Source of the DNA: a virus
Taxonomy: Duplodnaviria > Caudoviricetes
Strand: one strand, 5' to 3'
DNA: 64,000 nucleotides
Virus record (IMG/VR): IMGVR_UViG_3300022217_000169
Location: 6,746-70,745 of that record
Shown here: in pieces, positions 31,771 through 40,877 of the stretch
How the letters are laid out: the number at the start of each line of letters is the position of its first letter
How positions within the stretch are numbered: position 1 is the first letter of the stretch
Notes under the pieces: generated by a model
Told to the model about the DNA's origin: nothing
Database searches by the model: none
What the model saw: only the letters and a program-made list of their open reading frames with translations
Made by a program: the position numbers and the translations under genes

Positions 31771-32259
31771 TCTTCTCTATTTAATAATGAATTAATTTCT
31801 TTTTTATTTTCTTTATTAAGATTAAGATCGGCTTCTATTGATAATATTTCACCTTGATTAAAAGGATAAAATGATATTTTAATTTGATCTTGTTTTGTAC
31901 TGTTTATTAAGTCAATAAATTCTTTTTTAGTTAATTTTATATGTGCTTTAAGCAAGTTGTTCTCCCAAAATTATATTTTAAATTTCCAAGTTCTACTAAT
32001 CTTTTTTCTATCAACATGTAAAAATCTAAATATATCATCTTCAATATATCTTTCTAACCTGTAAGTTAAATATAATATATATAAATAATAACAAATAGAT
32101 ATTATACAAAATATTAAGAAACATACTCCGATCATATATAATACCTATACATCATTAATTGATTCTTTAAATAAATTTAAACATAATGGCGAATTAAATT
32201 GTTCCGTATTATATAGTATACATTTGTAATTTTTTAATCCTGTTTTATGATCAACAAAT

Positions 32260-33060
32260 TTACAACCATTTGCTTTTCTTTTTTATTTGGTCTGTAATAG
32301 CTTCTCGAATTATTAATATGCACAAATTATTGATTTTATCTTTATCTGGTTCTATAGGTAATTTTGATTGAATATAAGCTTGTTCAGCAGAAATAAATAA
32401 TCTATCTGCTTCTTTTTTAACCTGTTCAAGTGACCATTCTCCGCGTTTAATCTGTAATAATTGCTGTGAATCATGTCTTTCAACATATAAAACTCCATCA
32501 GTTAGAAATTCAATACTCATTCTTAAAAGTCTGATTAAATGTGCCGCATTATGTGTATCATACCCAAATTTTTCAACAAGTTGTTTACGCTTTTTCCCCA
32601 TATATCCATTGAATGCACAATGTTCTATTCTTTTTAACTGTCCATAAGCATATCCAGTGAAGCTTTTATAAACATGCTTACCTATAAACAGTTCTCGATT
32701 GTCAATTAAATATTGCCCTGCGGATGTAATATTAATATAATGTTTCTTCTTAAGCCATAAAATCATTAATATATTAGGATTTCCATTAATAAGCATATTA
32801 ATTGCTTTTTTGGCTTCGTAAATAACAATATCCCATTCGTCTTGTTTTATTTCTTTAGTTCCGCGAGAACCATATTGTTTTAATCCAAAATAATAATCAA
32901 CAGGAGGAACACAAATACTCATAATATCTTTATCATCAATACTATCTGGATTACTATTTGGAATATACATTCCATGAGCAATACTTCCACGGTAACACAA
33001 TAATATACACCAGCTAGATAAGCCTGGATCTTTTTCTAATATATATTTTGATATTCCCAT
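32260..33060 (-). CDS. RlaP-like Pol-beta-superfamily nucleotidyltransferase
   Basis: YRGSIAHG...DSIDDKD, NGNPNILMIL, YDTHNAAHLIRLL, LLQIKRGEW motifs. Confidence 0.85.
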   Translation of the reverse strand: MGISKYILEKDPGLSSWCILLCYRGSIAHGMYIPNSNPDSIDDKDIMSICVPPVDYYFGLKQYGSRGTKEIKQDEWDIVIYEAKKAINMLINGNPNILMILWLKKKHYINITSAGQYLIDNRELFIGKHVYKSFTGYAYGQLKRIEHCAFNGYMGKKRKQLVEKFGYDTHNAAHLIRLLRMSIEFLTDGVLYVERHDSQQLLQIKRGEWSLEQVKKEADRLFISAEQAYIQSKLPIEPDKDKINNLCILIIREAITDQIKKKSKWL

Positions 33061-33097
33061 CTATACCTCCTATAATTACCAATTTATAATATGTATA

Positions 33098-33514
33098 TTA
33101 TTGAGTATGTATATGTATGATTATTTTAAAATTACTCGGAGATAATGGCGGAATATCATAATATACTTCATTTGAAAAATCAGATTCGTTTCCACCTAGA
33201 TCATACGCTGTTAATACGAAATAATTAATACTATTATAAGGGATATTATTTAAAGTATAAGTTATAGCATTTGGATCTGTTATATCTATAAAATTATTTG
33301 GATCATAAATACTTGAAATATTACTAGAATATAATTTATACCCTTTAAGATCTGGTTCTGTATTAGCATCCCATTCGAATATTAATCCTGTTATTTCTTG
33401 AGCTGATACTATTGGCATAGGGAGTATATGATATATAGATGTAAAATATAAAATAATAAATAAAGAAAATATAATTATTATATTACATAAATATGAATTA
33501 AATAAATTTTTCAT
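33098..33514 (-). CDS. membrane-anchored fibronectin type III domain protein
   Basis: N-terminal TM; FEWDANTEPDLKGYKLY...YFVLTAYD..GNESDFS. Confidence 0.8.
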   Translation of the reverse strand: MKNLFNSYLCNIIIIFSLFIILYFTSIYHILPMPIVSAQEITGLIFEWDANTEPDLKGYKLYSSNISSIYDPNNFIDITDPNAITYTLNNIPYNSINYFVLTAYDLGGNESDFSNEVYYDIPPLSPSNFKIIIHIHTQ

Positions 33515-33628
33515 TTTTAAATCCTTTCTTAAAAATTTTTATAATTACCAGAAAGTAACTCAACTTGCCTTGTATTTTCTTCTTTTATTTTATTTATAAG
33601 CCAATCTACATTTCTTAATTTCAAATCT

Positions 33629-34381
33629 TTATATTTTTGTTTCACTAAAATCCCCTAAATATAAAGCATTAAATAATTTTTCACCAATTGTTTTTTTAAT
33701 TTCAAGTAATTGTTTAACAGAATATTTATCCCAATAAGTATTATTATTTTTAATAGCTGGTATATTAATATAATCAGCTAAAAACCTTATACCATTAATG
33801 CTTATTATATTAAATACTTGTCCTATTAAGTCATTTACACACCATCTCGATGACATAATGAGTACAAAAGGATTAATAACTGAAGTTCTTTTGTAAAATA
33901 TTAAATGTCTAAACCATTCAAAAACTTTTGTTCTATAAATTAATGAATTAGCCGCTTCTTCATTTTTATAATAATCATCCAATATTAAAACATTATAATT
34001 TGGAATAGACATTATACTTTCACCAATGCTAATAGTATAAATTCTATTTAAAATATCAGGATTAAAATGAAATAATTTTGGACAAAGTTCATACTGTTTT
34101 TTAATGACATTATAATTTTCATTTAATAAACGCTTAGAATATCCAGTTAATATTATATTTTGATTTTTAAAATTATTAGCGATCCAACAAGGTAAATAGT
34201 TAGTTGCTATTGTTGTCTTTAAACTCCTGGGCGGCATAGAAATCATTAATAACCGTGGTATATTAATATTATTTGTAAAGCTTCTTTCAATTCTTTCCCC
34301 AATATAACTAACATGAGGTGGTATGCACCAATATCCGGCAATACTTGATATAAATTGTGTAAAATTATTTAGCCCCATCAA
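33629..34381 (-). CDS. truncated terminase-large-subunit ATPase paralogue (no nuclease domain)
   Basis: Collinear with the TerL ATPase of this genome: PPRSLKT, ILTGYS, LILDDYYKNEEAA, SSRW..NDLIG, YINIPAI, NALYLG. Confidence 0.8.
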   Translation of the reverse strand: MMGLNNFTQFISSIAGYWCIPPHVSYIGERIERSFTNNINIPRLLMISMPPRSLKTTIATNYLPCWIANNFKNQNIILTGYSKRLLNENYNVIKKQYELCPKLFHFNPDILNRIYTISIGESIMSIPNYNVLILDDYYKNEEAANSLIYRTKVFEWFRHLIFYKRTSVINPFVLIMSSRWCVNDLIGQVFNIISINGIRFLADYINIPAIKNNNTYWDKYSVKQLLEIKKTIGEKLFNALYLGDFSETKI

Positions 34382-36027
34382 AAAAATCTCCTTTTTATTG
34401 TAAGTTAATAAGTTATCTAAAAAATTTCAAGAATTCTTCATAATTCTCTTCATTAGCAACATTAATACATATAGAAGCATTAAAACCATATAATGTTTTT
34501 ACTTCTATATCTAAGTTAAATTTATTTTTCTTTAAACTTTTAATATATTCTATTAATTCTTTTTTTGTTTTTTTAGTTTTGTAGTGTTTTACATGAACTT
34601 CTTTATCTAAATTTAATAACATATATTTAAAATCTCCGATATTATTTATTTTGTTCTTCTCTTTTACATATATTATATCTTGCGTAATTATCAGTAAATA
34701 ACATAAACATTATTATAGATAAAATAAAATAAAAGATAGAACAAATAAATGCTTTTATATGACAAGTAGTAAATAATAAAAACATAATACAAAAAAATAA
34801 GAAAAATAAAAAAAATATTATACTAACTATTGTATTATTTAAATATGTAATACATTTATAATTATACATTTATCTTATTTCTAATTTAAAATCTTTAATT
34901 ATCTACTTATATGTTTTGTTCCCTAAATAATAAGCTTCCACTGTAATATAAAGTTGCTACACGATTATTAATGTCTGTTATAATTATTATAAATGTATTC
35001 GGAAATGTACCATATTTATCAATAGATATACTTGCTACTTCTGCAAATTGACAATATTCCATAATACCAAAACCTATTTTATCTCCTACTCTAACAATTT
35101 TTTTAGCATCTATTAAATTAAGACATTTACATTCCATGATATATTACTCCTTTTTAAAACAAAATTATTTTTACAATAACTGTTTAATAATATATCATAT
35201 AGTTACAATATGGACAAATAACATATTCATATTTAAATGTAAAAAATCTAAAAAACTTATAGATATTATTATTTTATTTTCTTTGATAATTATTCAAAGT
35301 ATTCTGAATTTTCCTCCAATACACATCGACATTCTTTATTAGGACAAATATATAGCCTATTATGATTTTGCAGTAGTTCTTTATCGAATTCTGCGGCTTC
35401 TTCAGTACCGTCCCAACCACATTTTGTACAAACATACCTTTTGTTTACTGCTCCAAGTTTCTTTATTATTTTATTATTATGTCTAGATGGTATTCTAACC
35501 CATTTTTTATTTTGGAATTTATATTTATTTTTAGCTTCTTCAAATGATATTTTACCTTTTCTTAACTCTATTTCCATAAGGCGAGCCAAATTCATTATTT
35601 CTTCCCGCGGTTCAATAATCACTTCAATACCTAATAATTCTCTTTCTTCTTCTCCTTTTCGTAATGTAAAATTAAATCTTTGGATAATATGTTCGGCCCA
35701 TTTTTCAGCTTCTTCAATAGTATCAATTTGTGAATCACAGTCTTTTTCAGAATTATACGATTCATACCAAGGAGCGTGATTAGTATTTTTTTCTTTTACT
35801 TTAATTTTAAATTTCATTTTTATTCCTCTCTATTCTGTTTCACTAAGTTTTATAGCTTCATCCATTGATAATAATTGGTCTTCAAAAAACCATTTATCTT
35901 CTTGTGATCTTTGAACATAATATTTTATACCACTACTATCTTTTGCAGCAGTTTCAATAATGCCTATATCTCCAAACGGTGTTTGTACTTTTTCTCGTAA
36001 TTCAAATTCAAATTTTATTATCATTAT

Positions 36028-36957
36028 TTATATTCCTCTTTTTAAATTTATAAATTTTTCAATATCTTCTTTTAAATTATTAATATTTATTCTTTCATTA
36101 TTTTGTATTCTTTTTTCTGTTGAAAAACTGTCTAAATCTATTTCTTTTTCTATTGAATGTTTAACAATACCTTCTAATATTGCTGGATTAAGTGCATCTA
36201 ATTCAACTGCTAAAGTTCCAAATTTTTTCATGTATTTTTTAGTTCTTGGGTCTTTAGGTTTAATAGCATCTATACTATGAGGTAAATTATATGCTTTTAC
36301 TTGATCTAGTGTAAGAGCACATCTAATTCCTTTTACAGTATCACCTAATTTCATTTCATTTTGTAATGTGTCTAGCATTGCTGGTAACATTTCCCAACCA
36401 GATGGATCAAGATCACCAAAATATAAAATTATAGTTTTTTTGCCATTATCTTTATTCCTAATAATTCTTTTTTTAGCTTCATTTATATAAGAAATAGAAG
36501 AAAATCCTCTAGCTACTATAACAGTAATACAATATTTAAATGCTATTTTATGACATATACGAGATAAGGCATCTTTTTCAATCCATAATTCTAAGTTTAT
36601 ATCTTGGGATTGCAATAAATCTCTTCTATACCCGCGAAGAAAATCTCTAATTTGATCTTGTATAAATAGTTCGCTATTAATCCAACCTCCTGAATATAAT
36701 ATAGTTCTGGCCCTATCTTCAATAGAATCCCATAAAACAAATTCATCTAATCTTGCTTTTGTTAATATTCTTGATAATCTACTATATTCTTTTAAATTAT
36801 TTTCAATTATTAAAGCTGATACAAGTTGATAATATATTTGCCTTAATGTTAAAGGCCAATAATCTCTTAATTTATTTAATATATTTTGTATTTTTTCTAA
36901 ATAGATTAAAGATTTGCTAGACCATCCATATCTATTTCTACATTGTATATTATCCAT
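36028..36957 (-). CDS. Topo VI-A/Spo11-like wHTH + TOPRIM protein
   Basis: LTLRQIYYQL, WIEKDAL, ARGFSS, YFGDLDPSG, ELDAL. Confidence 0.8.
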   Translation of the reverse strand: MDNIQCRNRYGWSSKSLIYLEKIQNILNKLRDYWPLTLRQIYYQLVSALIIENNLKEYSRLSRILTKARLDEFVLWDSIEDRARTILYSGGWINSELFIQDQIRDFLRGYRRDLLQSQDINLELWIEKDALSRICHKIAFKYCITVIVARGFSSISYINEAKKRIIRNKDNGKKTIILYFGDLDPSGWEMLPAMLDTLQNEMKLGDTVKGIRCALTLDQVKAYNLPHSIDAIKPKDPRTKKYMKKFGTLAVELDALNPAILEGIVKHSIEKEIDLDSFSTEKRIQNNERININNLKEDIEKFINLKRGI

Positions 36958-37979
36958 TGTTACTCAAAAGTTCCTTCTTTTCTTGTATAACTAATACATT
37001 TTCTATGCCTAACATGTAATACATGAAGAAAATGATCACTACATGGTTGATCACATATAATAAATTGACTACCAAATAAATTTAAAATTGTATTTTGAAC
37101 ATGAGCTAATACTGGTTGTTCTCCTGCTGTTTTAGATAATTCTTCAATAAAATATTCATTTATTTTTTTACTATATTTGCAGTTTTCACATGCTGGAAAA
37201 CAAACTTCTTCTTTATTCATCTTTTTAATCTTCTAATTTTTTCTCTTTCTTGTTTTTTTATTTGCAATTGCTTTTCTAATCTATCGATTTCCCTATTTTT
37301 ATCTTGTATTAAGCTTAATCTAGCACCTTCCCAAGTATCATGATAACTATAAAATGTGGAATTTTTAGCTTCTCTACGTTCAGTTTGACAAAACTCATCA
37401 TGTAAATAAATAAAACATTCTGTGGCTCGACTAATTTTAACTTTTCTTATAGTACCAAAAGTTTTTCTTGCTTTATACCAAATTTGTATATTATTTTTCA
37501 TTTTTAAATCCTAACTTTTTTAATATATTATTTTCAATTTCATTATCTTTTTCATCTTTATAAATAGTACCTTTAATTTTAACAGAAGTTATTTTCCCAT
37601 CTAAAATAACTGGATGCTTTTGTGTATTAATATTGACATTCATAGTATCTGAAGTAAAAGTTACATCAACACTATTTAAAGGAATATTTTTTAAATTACA
37701 ATATTTTATTAATTTATCTATATCTTTTTTAAGTATTTCGAGGTTCATTTTATTTTATATAAATTTAATAGAAAATGAATAAATATTATTCATTTTTATT
37801 AAATGAAAATTAATATCTTTTTTTATTATTCTAAATGTTATTTCTGATGCATATATATTTCTCATAATATGTAATCTATAAAAGAAATACTTACTATTAT
37901 ATTCTTTTACAGTAGGAATTTCTTTATTAATATTTAATTTATAAATGTGTTTTAATTTATTTGGCATGTTTTTGTATCT

Positions 37980-38609
37980 TTATTTATTACAATAACATTC
38001 ATTAGCATTCCAGCTATTTATTGGTTCATTTATTAAACTATATATTGGAATTTTATAATTTATTCTATTTTTTAAAACTATATATTGTATATTTGGATCT
38101 CTATTCCATAAACAAAATACAGCTATTGGAATTCCACCATATTTAAATATAGAATATGCAGTTTTTTCTACAGATCCGCCAGTTGTTATAATATCTTCTA
38201 TTATAATTACTTTAGATCTTTTTAAAGAGTTTTGATATTCTTCTCTAAATTCCATGAATGATTTCTTTATTTCAACAGTTATTAAATTGTTAATATCATC
38301 AGAAACAATTTTAGAAACTTTTTCCGGGAAAATGAATGGTTTTCTTAATAAAAAAGCTACTGGTGCAGCAAAACATATTCCTGCAACCGCTGGACCAGTA
38401 ATTATATCATATTCTTCTCGTTTATATTGAAATGTTATTTCATCATGTAAATAATGTATAATATATGGAAATAAACTTGGATATAATGTTATCTTAGTTT
38501 TTTTAATATATTCATCAGAATGTTTACCGGATCTAAGTATACAATGCTTTTTCTCAATAATACCACAATTATACAGTGATTTTAACAATTCTTTATTTTT
38601 TCTTATCAT
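37980..38609 (-). CDS. pyrE: orotate phosphoribosyltransferase-like PRTase
   Basis: ILRSGKHSDEY, GPAVAGI, PRPP loop IIEDIITTGGSV. Confidence 0.75.
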   Translation of the reverse strand: MIRKNKELLKSLYNCGIIEKKHCILRSGKHSDEYIKKTKITLYPSLFPYIIHYLHDEITFQYKREEYDIITGPAVAGICFAAPVAFLLRKPFIFPEKVSKIVSDDINNLITVEIKKSFMEFREEYQNSLKRSKVIIIEDIITTGGSVEKTAYSIFKYGGIPIAVFCLWNRDPNIQYIVLKNRINYKIPIYSLINEPINSWNANECYCNK

Positions 38610-39342
38610 TTTTATTATTTTCTTTTTTATTTTTAAAATTTAAATGTTCTTTTCTTAATATATTAGAAAGTTTATTTACTGATTCGTCAATAAAAATTTC
38701 TATTATATCATTTAAAAAATGTTCAGAATTATAATTTTGTAATATTTCAATTTCATTAATTGTATGTGTAAATGTATAAGAATTTCCATGAAATGAAATA
38801 CAGGACACAAATGATATACCCTCTGACGTTAAATTATGTGACGGTAATATATAAAATAAACATTTAGTTTTTATTCTTCTTGTCAATTCTTTCTGTATTT
38901 CATTCATAAAATAAAATAATTTTCTTATAAAATCATTATTTAATTTATTCATTTCTATTCCCATTCCCATTTTTCTATTTTTATTTTATTACTTTTAATT
39001 AATTCATCAAGGTTTTTTCTATCTTCTTCTATTAATTTCATAATATTTACATAAGTGTCTTTTTCACCTAATTGATATAATGCACTCACAGTATTATCTT
39101 TTTTTAAACTTATTTCTTTAGATCTCTGGATAGATTCACTTAATATATTATCAAGTTTGTGTAGTGTATTTACGTAGTCATCATAAAAAAGAGTAACAAG
39201 AGATAACCCCATTGTTGTATATCCAATTAAGAAATAAATAGCCACACCATGTTTATTAAAATGTAAATCTAAATATGTTGCTAATATACCGCCACAGATA
39301 GTTATTAAAGTTGCTTTAAAAAGTTTTTTAATTTGTATCATA

Positions 39343-39675
39343 TCATTCATTTTTACTCTCTCGTAATAACATGATTATTTCTTCCATAAGATGTTTTTTT
39401 GCTATTTTTAATATACACTCTATTGTATCTTCAGGAAATGGCCCTGGTATTTTTAAATCGGTTAAATTTTCTACTAATTTTGCAATTTTCCTTATACTAT
39501 CTTCTTCAGCTTCTTTTAATGCAGTCTTGATAGTATTATTTGAGCGTTTTTCTCCTCACTTTTTATTTAATATTGATAATGTATCTTGTAAATCATTTAT
39601 TGCATTTTCAATATACTCTTTGAATGATACTTCTTGTTCTACTATTATATTTTCAACTTTTGATTTAAAATTCAT
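39343..39675 (-). pseudogene. first gene of the leftward operon, interrupted by in-frame TGA
   Basis: MNFKSKVEN...LNKK*GEKRSNN...LLRESKNE; TGA at 39556-39558. Confidence 0.5.
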
Positions 39676-39861
39676 TCTACTCCATGATCTTTTCATTACC
39701 CATAAATCTAATACAAATAATTTTCCAGAATACTAAGTACCACCAGTTTTACACTCTAGTATACAGAGATCTTTTGAATGTTTTTGCAGTAGTAGATTTA
39801 AAATAGTTTTTGCATTAATTTTATTTTTCATATTCGCCTTGCTTTTTAATCATCTATTTAT

Positions 39862-39890
39862 ATTATATAATATAGCTAATATAATTTCAA
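39862..39890 (-). promoter_or_regulatory. leftward sigma70 promoter
   Basis: TTGAAA-17-TATAAT. Confidence 0.75.
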
Positions 39891-39927
39891 TAGCTTGAAT
39901 GATTTTTTTGTCATAATAATTATGATA

Positions 39928-40396
39928 TTGACAAAAAATTTTTTAGATGATATATTATTAATAATTCTTTTTCATTTTCATGCTTCCTTACCTCGAAAGG
40001 CGGGGATAAAACCTCGTCTTTTAAAAAACTTGACAAATATTATTTTATATAGTATATTATAGATAACATACTTTTACACCTCTTTTCTCAAAATGAGCGG
40101 GTTTTTTGGTGATTTAAAATCCGCTCATAAAAAATCTTGACAATTAATATTTAATGTGTTATATTATAAATAAGTTTCTCAAACTTCTCCTACACTATTT
40201 CAGGTCGGATTTTTTTTATTCGGCCTGAAATAAAAAAAATTATATAATATTTGACTTTTTATTATTTAAATGTTATATATAAATCAAATCATCTTTCTTC
40301 TCCTTAAACGCCTTGCTTCTATGGGATGGGATCGGACTCCTACCTTATGTCCGATCCCACTAAAAATTTGCAATAAAAAGATTTATATGTTATATT
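39928..40396 (+). promoter_or_regulatory. five tandem rightward sigma70 promoters
   Basis: -35/-10 pairs, all with 17-nt spacers: TTGACA 39928/TATATT 39951; TTGACA 40030/TATATT 40053; TTGACA 40137/TATATT 40160; TTGACT 40251/TATATA 40274; TTGCAA 40368/TATATT 40391. Confidence 0.9.
39963..40360 (+). ncRNA. array of four anti-SD seed + hairpin small RNAs
   Basis: Each promoter is followed by a C/U-rich seed and a 10-15 bp GC-rich stem; no ORFs. Confidence 0.7.
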
Positions 40397-40420
40397 ATTA
40401 ATAAGTTTTATTATTAAGTT

Positions 40421-40487
40421 TGAGGCCATTAGTTCAAAAAGGAGAACCGCTTTAAGTAAGCAGCGGTTCAAATTCGTTATGGCCTCA
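40421..40487 (+). ncRNA. minimal tRNA-like element
   Basis: Acceptor GAGGCCAT/ATGGCCTC, D-arm GTTC-AAAAAGGA-GAAC, T-arm AGCGG-TTCAAAT-TCGTT; anticodon arm reduced to GCTT-TAAGT-AAGC. Confidence 0.65.
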
Positions 40488-40512
40488 AATATATATTTGG
40501 AAAGATGATTAA

Positions 40513-40863
40513 ATGAAGGTTGTTATTGCTGGGTCAAGATCTATTACAAATTATGCATTATTAAAGAAAACTATATTAAGATCTAAATTTAGAATAACAG
40601 AAGTAGTTTCTGGTGCGGCTAATGGTGTAGATCTATTAGGAATAAGATATGCAATAGAAAATAAAATACCATTTAAAATTTTCAAAATTGAAAAAGATGA
40701 TTGGCAAAAATTTGGTAAATCTGATGGACCAAAAAGAAATAGGTCAATGGGTGATTATGCTGATGCTTTAATTGCGCTTTGGGATAATCATTCTAATGGA
40801 ACCAGAGATATGATAAATTATGCCAGATATAAAAATTTAAAAGTTTATGTTCATATAATATAA
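40513..40863 (+). CDS. YspA/DUF2493-like SLOG family protein
   Basis: MKVVIAGSR, VVSGAANGVD, GPKRNRSM, WDNHSNGTRDMI. Confidence 0.85.
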   Translation: MKVVIAGSRSITNYALLKKTILRSKFRITEVVSGAANGVDLLGIRYAIENKIPFKIFKIEKDDWQKFGKSDGPKRNRSMGDYADALIALWDNHSNGTRDMINYARYKNLKVYVHII

Positions 40864-40877
40864 TAAGGAGGTTTAAA

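Noticed and set aside
33071-33550. Repeated TATAATTACCA as a phage middle promoter
   Set aside because: Only two copies found in AT-rich DNA; not distinguishable from chance
20880-39675. Alternative genetic code (TAG or TGA reassignment)
   Set aside because: TAG ends TerS and three neck genes, TGA ends the sigma gene, and the interruptions include TAA and frameshifts
39371-39736. 121-aa plus-strand ORF
   Set aside because: Shadow of the interrupted minus-strand gene 39343-39675
39920-40490. CRISPR array or solitary CRISPR repeat (unit 1 contains GCGGGGATAAAACC, like the 3' half of type I-E repeats)
   Set aside because: The hairpins are not identical repeats, the 5' TTCCCCGC half is missing, and each unit has its own promoter; kept only as a weak alternative
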